The notes below the pieces were generated by a model. That model worked only from the letters and a program-made list of their open reading frames with translations, was not told the origin of the DNA and did no database searches. From positions 1,922,001 to 1,986,000 of the forward strand of contig JBNJNM010000012.1 in NCBI GenBank assembly GCA_052426225.1: 64,000 bases of DNA, read 5' to 3'. The stretch is from Zancudomyces culisetae HAW-14-8 (Eukaryota; Fungi; Kickxellomycota). This document shows, in pieces, positions 57,683 through 64,000 of the stretch. Numbering within the stretch: position 1 is the first letter of the stretch; every line of letters begins with the position of its first letter. The position numbers were made by a program, and so were the translations under genes.

Positions 57683-58060
57683 TTAATGACGATTTGATAT
57701 CTCAATGTATATATTAAACAGCTGGGATATTAAAAGAAATAAACTGTCAAATAGCAGTGCTGATACGCTACCTCCAGAAAAAATCATTTTTTTCCTTTAG
57801 ACATCACGGGCTATAGTATATTAAAAAAACTAAAAGCCACAAATGCTCAAACATTCGGCCAAGATTATTGGCTATGATTGTTTTAAACCCAAAGTTTCAA
57901 TTCAATTCTTTCCTTTGTCCATGAGGAGATTGAATGAAAAGAAGTACAGTAGTGCGTGTTGGCAAGACAAACAACGGTTAGTAAAACAAATATAAAAATA
58001 CAGATAAAAGCTAAAGCTACCAATAGAGTATAATATAGTTAGGTGTAGGGCCCGAGTCAT
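57683..58060. repeat. Duplicated non-coding block upstream of Pmp3 copy 2
   Basis: Near-identical to 56126-56496. Confidence 0.85.
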
Positions 58061-60924
58061 ATAGTGGCAAGGTAAAAGATTATAAACGCAACTAACAAGC
58101 TAAAAACATAATGATATGGAGGAAAATGGTGATAAGGAAAGAAGGATTACCTGAAGAGCAAAGTTCTGGCAGGAAATATAGGTGAAGTAGCTAGATCAGT
58201 GGTTATTGCATTTGCCCTTGTCAATGGTGACTGCTAGTGCGTTACTTTAATTTCTGTACTGTGTTTTCAAATGGGTATATTACGAAAAAAACAAGTAGTA
58301 GTTTGGAAAAGTAATAAAATAAAAATTCTAAAAATAGAAAAAATAGAAAAAATAAAAAATACGAGTTAGTTTAGTTTGATATTTTAGTACAGGTATTTAT
58401 TAAAGCAGAAAAAAGCTAATATACAGTCTATAAATAATACATAGATTGTTGCTATAACAAGATGAAAAGTCATCCTATCTGAATTGAAATGGAAAGTAAC
58501 AATAAAGTGGCTTATACCTGAGCTAAGGCCAGACAACCAAGAAGTATTGGTCTATTTTAGTGCTTTTTTTTTGTTTTGTTTTGTTTTGTGTATTGTGTAC
58601 TGTTTACTGTTTACTGTTATTGTTGTTATTAGTTTATTTGTAATGCAACGAATTTGATGTGAGAAAAATGGGGGATATGATTGGTATTATCTTGGCTTGG
58701 CTTAGCTTAGCTTAGCTTAGCTTAACTTGACTTTGGGTATCAAAAAATAAAAGCTGGACCTATAAAAAACACCTGACACATTGAAATGAGCCCAGTAAAT
58801 GCTAGCTTTAAAACCTTGTGTCTCGTATGGGTACATGTTTTTGTGGGTTGCGCTGTTTCTAGCATGATGGTGGGATATGAAGAAACAATATCAGTAAGGA
58901 TAAGAATGAAAGGGGTAGGAGGGATTGAGAAAGATAGTTGTGATGAGAGTTATGAGTATTTGATGAGAGTTGCCTCCAGCATTCATAAAAAAATGGGAAT
59001 CATGATACATCCCATCTTGTTATTATAGATTTCAAGTCTTTGTTATTTCGAAAAAAAAGAATAGATTCAAATTGGTAATGATATAAAGTAAATAAGAGTT
59101 ATATTGGTTCATGAAACAAAGTCAAATATTGGCATATTAAAGAGTTACAAGTCCAAACCGAGGATATCATGATGCCAAAACATACATAATATGGTGCAAT
59201 TTGATAGAGTAAAAAAACAGCGGAAAAATATTACCAAAGATTAAAACGTGAGAATACAAAAAAAACAAAAACGAAAAAAAAAAAAAAACAAATTAAAGTG
59301 TTGTATTTGGAATTATTTCCCCTCCCCTCCCCTAATGTTTGATGTATAGAGATAAATCACATCTATAGATGGGCCTGGGAGTGTGATTAACTGATTTGCA
59401 GTTATCGGTTGTTTTTCCATCATCACATTTCCTACCCTTCTCCCACACACTCCCCTCCCCCTCCTCTTCATTATGTAAGGTAGTTTCAAAGTTCAATAAC
59501 TGGTAAAATGGTTATAATCTTTACCTTTTGTATTCAAAACATAAAAAGAAAAAGTGTAAATGAACGAGGAAATGTGAAGACAATAAAAACCTACATTACT
59601 GGATGGTGGAGGTGTTCAGGACAAGATAAGAACAAGAGTGTGGTTTGGCAAGTGGCATAGAGGAGTGAGAGTAATGTTGATATATGATCATTCTGTTTGC
59701 AGGTTTAGCCCCCGATATTCTGCATTGATGGCGAAGCGGATGGCTATATTCTGTGTCGAGATATTTATGAAAGGTTTCTTTTTTATTGAAGTTATATTAC
59801 TGTAATCAGGTAAATAAAAAAGTGATGAAATAACAGCAAATATATCCACAGAGTTGGGAAAGGAAACAATGGTGAAACCTGGAATGGCCAAAAGTTGATG
59901 AGGAGATAAAAAGAAAAAAGATATTAGGCAGAAAATAAGGATATAAAGCGGGCGAATCTAGATAAGTTATGATATTAATAGTGGGCAAAAAACGGTCGGA
60001 GGGGGAAGGTGGACAAAGGTTTGGAATGTATGTGTGTGTAAATGAACCATTTAAAAATGTGGGAAAAAAAATGAGCAGATATATCCAAGTTTAGTAGCTT
60101 AAAGTTTCATTAGGTACTTAAAAACTGGTGGAAAAAAAAACAGATCTGAAACAGGGAGAAAAAAAAATAATTTAAATGAATCAATAACAAGAGTGTTAGT
60201 TTTTGATAATGATATTAATGAATAAATTGATGTAAAAGTATAAAAAAAAATGTGTCAAAAACGAAAAAAAGGAACAAAAATATGATTTAAAAGATAACTT
60301 GCTTTCAAAAAAATAAGGGGGGGGGGGGGCGGGGAGGGGAAAAACAGTGAGAATGTGAGGGTGGGAGTGTGGGACAAGGGGGGGGTGGATGAAGAGTGTG
60401 GGAGTGTTTGTTATAGATAGAGATAAGAAATCCGTGTAAGAGGTTAAAAGTTTGTATAACCGAACTGGGTTGCATTGCCATGGTTTCTTTAGAAACAAAA
60501 GATGTTCACACGCAAAATATAGTGAAAAATGATGGGATAGGACATTACTAAATAAAAGCAGGATTACAAAAAACAAAAAAAAAACAAAAAAATCAACGGA
60601 TTTTAATGAAAACAAATGATTCACAAGTAATAATTGTGTGGATAAGGCAAAGAGCCGTTTGGACCATGTTTTTTATAATTTTTTATTCTTTTTTTTACAT
60701 GAAAAAACGGAATGAATATGAAACTACAAGAAAATATAAAAGGAGTACTTGCAGAATGAAAAGAGTGTTTCAATTAAAATAAACAACAAAAGTACTCGAG
60801 GTGAAAAACTATAGATAAGTAAAGGATAAAAAGAAAAAGCAATCAAAAGTGTACATATAACAAAAAAAATAAAGACAAAGAGCAAGTCAAAACAAGTGAA
60901 CAAAGGAAAATTGAAAAAACATAA

Positions 60925-62466
60925 ATGGAACCAAACAAAGTAATCATAGCAGGAGGAGGATTGGTTGGATCGTTGGCAGGTTGTTATTTTGCCAAACGTG
61001 GATGGACCGTTGAAGTGTATGAAAAACGACCAGATCCAAGAGCAGAAGCCAACAAGGGGTCACGCAACCACAAGTCGATTAACTTGGCTATTTCCGCACG
61101 TGGACTGTCAGCAGTAGAGCGCTTGGGTCCAGCAACGTACTCTAAGGTGAAATCCATCACGCTGCCAATGTATGGCCGTATGATCCACGATATTGATGGA
61201 AAGACATTGCATGGCCAAGCATATAGCGCAAAGGGAGAATACATAAACTCGATTGATCGTGGGTTGTTGAATCATTTGTTGTTGGACCAGTTGGATGACC
61301 ACGGCAAGACAGCCAGCAATAACGTCAAGGTGGTGTTTGATTGTATCCTGGACACCTGTGATTTCAAGACCAAGACAGCAAGATTTAGAAACCAAGTAAC
61401 TGGAGAAGTTATTGAAACAAAGGGGGATTTGATAGTGGGAGCTGATGGAGCTTATAGTGTGGCCAGAAGAAGACTCCAGAGCGCAACACGCGTTAATATT
61501 GAACTCAAGTATATTGACCATTTGTACTGTGAATTGGAGATGAAACCCAAGATTCGTAGTGATAATAGTACCGATTTTGCGATGCAAATGGATCATTTGC
61601 ACATTTGGCCGCGTGGTACATTTATGTTGATCGCATTGCCAAACTTGGACAAGTCGTTTACATGCACACTGTTCATGCCACTGGCAACCTTTGAATCGTT
61701 GAAGACACCAGAGGATCTCTCTGCATTCTTCCGCAAGTATTTCCCAGATGCTCTGGAGCTATTTGGAGGCGAGGAAACAATCGCCCAGGAATACTTTGCA
61801 AACCCCAAGGGAGACCTATTCTACGTCAAATGCTCACCACATCATTATAAAGGCAATGGTGTGATTGTCGGCGATGCCGCGCATTGTACTGTTCCATTCT
61901 ACGCACAAGGAATGAATTGTGGGTTTGAGGATATCGAGACACTCGATAGGCTGCTTGTAGAACAAGCAAAAATCAGCCAAGGAAAGGCAGCAGAAACCGG
62001 CGATGACAGCGATATAAAGACACATAACTTGACCCCAGAACAGATTGAAGCTGCACTGATAAAATACTCGGATTGCCGACCCCGTGACTCGGCATCAATG
62101 ATAGACTTGGCTCTACACAACTATGTTGAAATGCGCAACAACGTGAACAAGCTTTCGTACAAGCTGCGGTTCATGATAGAAAAGAAACTATCCCTTTGGT
62201 TCCCAAGCTATGTGATGCCGCTATATTCCATGGTTAGTTTTTCAAAGTTGAGTTATACTGAAGCAACTCGTCGATGGAATGCTCAAACCAGAGCAATCAA
62301 CCGACTTGTGACAGTTGGAACAGAGATCAGTGCGATTTGCATTGCGGCCTCTTTGGTATGTATTGTGTCGGCTTTGAGTCGCCGAGGTTATGCACCATTT
62401 GCAAGACTTAATGGACTTCGAATTCCAAAACTACAGGAGATTTTTAACCTTTTTAGATCCCAATAA
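60925..62466 (+). CDS. BNA4: Kynurenine 3-monooxygenase
   Basis: GGGLVG FAD motif, SINLAISARG, GADGAYS, LHIWPRGTFMLIALPN, GDAAH...PFYAQGMNCGFED, C-terminal TM segment. Confidence 0.95.
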   Translation: MEPNKVIIAGGGLVGSLAGCYFAKRGWTVEVYEKRPDPRAEANKGSRNHKSINLAISARGLSAVERLGPATYSKVKSITLPMYGRMIHDIDGKTLHGQAYSAKGEYINSIDRGLLNHLLLDQLDDHGKTASNNVKVVFDCILDTCDFKTKTARFRNQVTGEVIETKGDLIVGADGAYSVARRRLQSATRVNIELKYIDHLYCELEMKPKIRSDNSTDFAMQMDHLHIWPRGTFMLIALPNLDKSFTCTLFMPLATFESLKTPEDLSAFFRKYFPDALELFGGEETIAQEYFANPKGDLFYVKCSPHHYKGNGVIVGDAAHCTVPFYAQGMNCGFEDIETLDRLLVEQAKISQGKAAETGDDSDIKTHNLTPEQIEAALIKYSDCRPRDSASMIDLALHNYVEMRNNVNKLSYKLRFMIEKKLSLWFPSYVMPLYSMVSFSKLSYTEATRRWNAQTRAINRLVTVGTEISAICIAASLVCIVSALSRRGYAPFARLNGLRIPKLQEIFNLFRSQ

Positions 62467-62639
62467 ACCGAGATAAACAATAAAATAAAATAAAATAAAA
62501 TAAAAACAATCAAAGCATGTATTTCTTTTTATTCACATTTTCGTTTTCATTTTGATCAAGTTTCATTTTTAGCTTTGTTTATTGAATAAGAAGGTTAAAT
62601 AAAATAATAAATATATAATATATTAATTAAAGAGAAAAA

Positions 62640-64000
62640 TTAATTATTGGAAGATCTGTTATATTTATTAGCAGACGAAGAGTTATATTGTCTGGAATCG
62701 CCCTTAGATCTTTGGTTAGGACCGCCACTAGGATTAGAACGGCGAGATGAAGACTGCTTAGATTTGTTGTGGGGCATATTCTTTGACTTGTGAGATGAAG
62801 ATTGCTTAGACTTGGCCTTGGCAGAGCCAGCATTGGCATGTTGTGGATGAGAAGAATCGTAACGGTTAGCAAAGGCCATAGCAGATGAGGAAGAATCAAT
62901 AGGTTGCGAAGCAAAGGCACTCTTTTCAGCGAGAGGTCTGCCACCGTTGATCTTGAGTTCAAAGATCTTTTCGTTGGCATCGGCAAGAGAAGTAACTTTG
63001 TCAGAAAGATACAGCATGGAAGATTGCAGGCGGGAAGTGGCATCAGCAGAAGTACGTTCAAAGTGTATGGTACGAGCGATTTCGTCAAGGGTAGCAGGGA
63101 GATCAGAAGAATAAATCATCATGGCGAGAACGGAATAGAGCTTGCGGGAAGGAAGATCAAACATGGCGGAAAGAGTGTCGATGCTCATAGAGTCGTAGTA
63201 AATGCGGTAGGTTAGCAAATAAGTTTTGAAGGCTTCGACCTTGATCTTTTCGCGCAAGAAGCCCTTGACGAGAGCAGCATCAGGCAACAAACTCCAAATC
63301 TTAACAGCATCAATATAACGGAAAGCATTTTCCCAGTCACCAACAGCCAAAGACTTAGCAGCAGCCATGATGTGGTCACGAGAGTTCTCTGGAGGACCAG
63401 TAAAGATCATGCGGCTGTTGTAATCCAACAATCTGCGCAGTAGACGGTTGGTGGGTTGTCTCTTGGAATCGGATTCAGACAAATCAACCAACATTGAGCA
63501 GGTCAAGAAAGAAGATTCCAGCAACTCAAAGTTGATGTGCATGTGGAAAGGAAGCAGGTTTTTCTTGACAATAAATTCCATTTCTTGAGATAGGCCAGAG
63601 TGTTTTTGGTTGAGAGAGGATTGACCAAGAAGCTCACTAACGCGACCAGTGTTCATGATTTCCAACAAGTGACTAAAGGCCTCTTGGAACATACCAAGTC
63701 GGAACGCAGCCAAACCCAACTGAGCAAGCGCACGATTGTACAGAATCTGAGTAGCGATATCAGCCTGGCCAATTGAATCTTGCATGTGAGAAACCAAAAA
63801 CATATCTCTAGCTGCGTAGTAGCGTTTGTGGAGAGCATGATGGTAGATATGCATAAGCATGGCACGGGCACGCAGCATTGGACTACCTTGCGAGTAAATA
63901 CGGCCACACAACTCTGTCATCAATTGCTCGGAATCCACAGTAGCAGATTCTTTGTCGCCTAGAGCTTGAGCAATCTGAGCCTCAACGCTGGCAGTGATCT
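62640..64000 (-). CDS. NIP1: Translation initiation factor eIF3 subunit c (3' part; 5' end lies beyond the window)
   Basis: RARAMLMHIYHHALH, QILYNRALAQLGLAAFR, LPFHMHINFELLE, GPPENSRDHI, PCI domain. Confidence 0.93.
   Translation of the reverse strand, partial: ITASVEAQIAQALGDKESATVDSEQLMTELCGRIYSQGSPMLRARAMLMHIYHHALHKRYYAARDMFLVSHMQDSIGQADIATQILYNRALAQLGLAAFRLGMFQEAFSHLLEIMNTGRVSELLGQSSLNQKHSGLSQEMEFIVKKNLLPFHMHINFELLESSFLTCSMLVDLSESDSKRQPTNRLLRRLLDYNSRMIFTGPPENSRDHIMAAAKSLAVGDWENAFRYIDAVKIWSLLPDAALVKGFLREKIKVEAFKTYLLTYRIYYDSMSIDTLSAMFDLPSRKLYSVLAMMIYSSDLPATLDEIARTIHFERTSADATSRLQSSMLYLSDKVTSLADANEKIFELKINGGRPLAEKSAFASQPIDSSSSAMAFANRYDSSHPQHANAGSAKAKSKQSSSHKSKNMPHNKSKQSSSRRSNPSGGPNQRSKGDSRQYNSSSANKYNRSSNN

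Overview
Eukaryotic, intron-containing, AT-rich fungal DNA. An early-diverging lineage such as Kickxellomycotina/Harpellales is my guess only. The window has two parts. (1) 1-~16,200 is a host-gene-free retroelement hotspot centred on a tRNA-Ile(AAT) gene (5080-5153). Immediately upstream of the tRNA is a head-to-tail stack of eight LTR-like units (2044-5072), each TGT...ACA with short inverted termini, separated by only 3-5 bp CA-rich spacers that resemble the tRNA's own 5' flank. This looks like an ordered record of repeated, tRNA-targeted insertions. 29 bp downstream of the tRNA is a very young full-length Ty3/Gypsy element (5183-11047) with 443-bp LTRs differing at one site, a 4-bp TSD, a tRNA-Pro PBS, and one in-frame TAG between protease and RT. 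Further LTR remnants lie on both sides, one carrying long heat-shock-element arrays. (2) 16,200-64,000 is ordinary host gene space: two MATE transporters, an Edc1/PNRC-motif protein, HUS1, MED13, a cation-chloride cotransporter, SAH hydrolase, a DUF1746-like protein, a GGA adaptor apparently lacking its ear domain, tRNA-Asn, a ZIP7/Yke4 zinc transporter, tandem Pmp3-family genes, kynurenine 3-monooxygenase and the 3' part of eIF3c. All calls were made by eye, without database searches.
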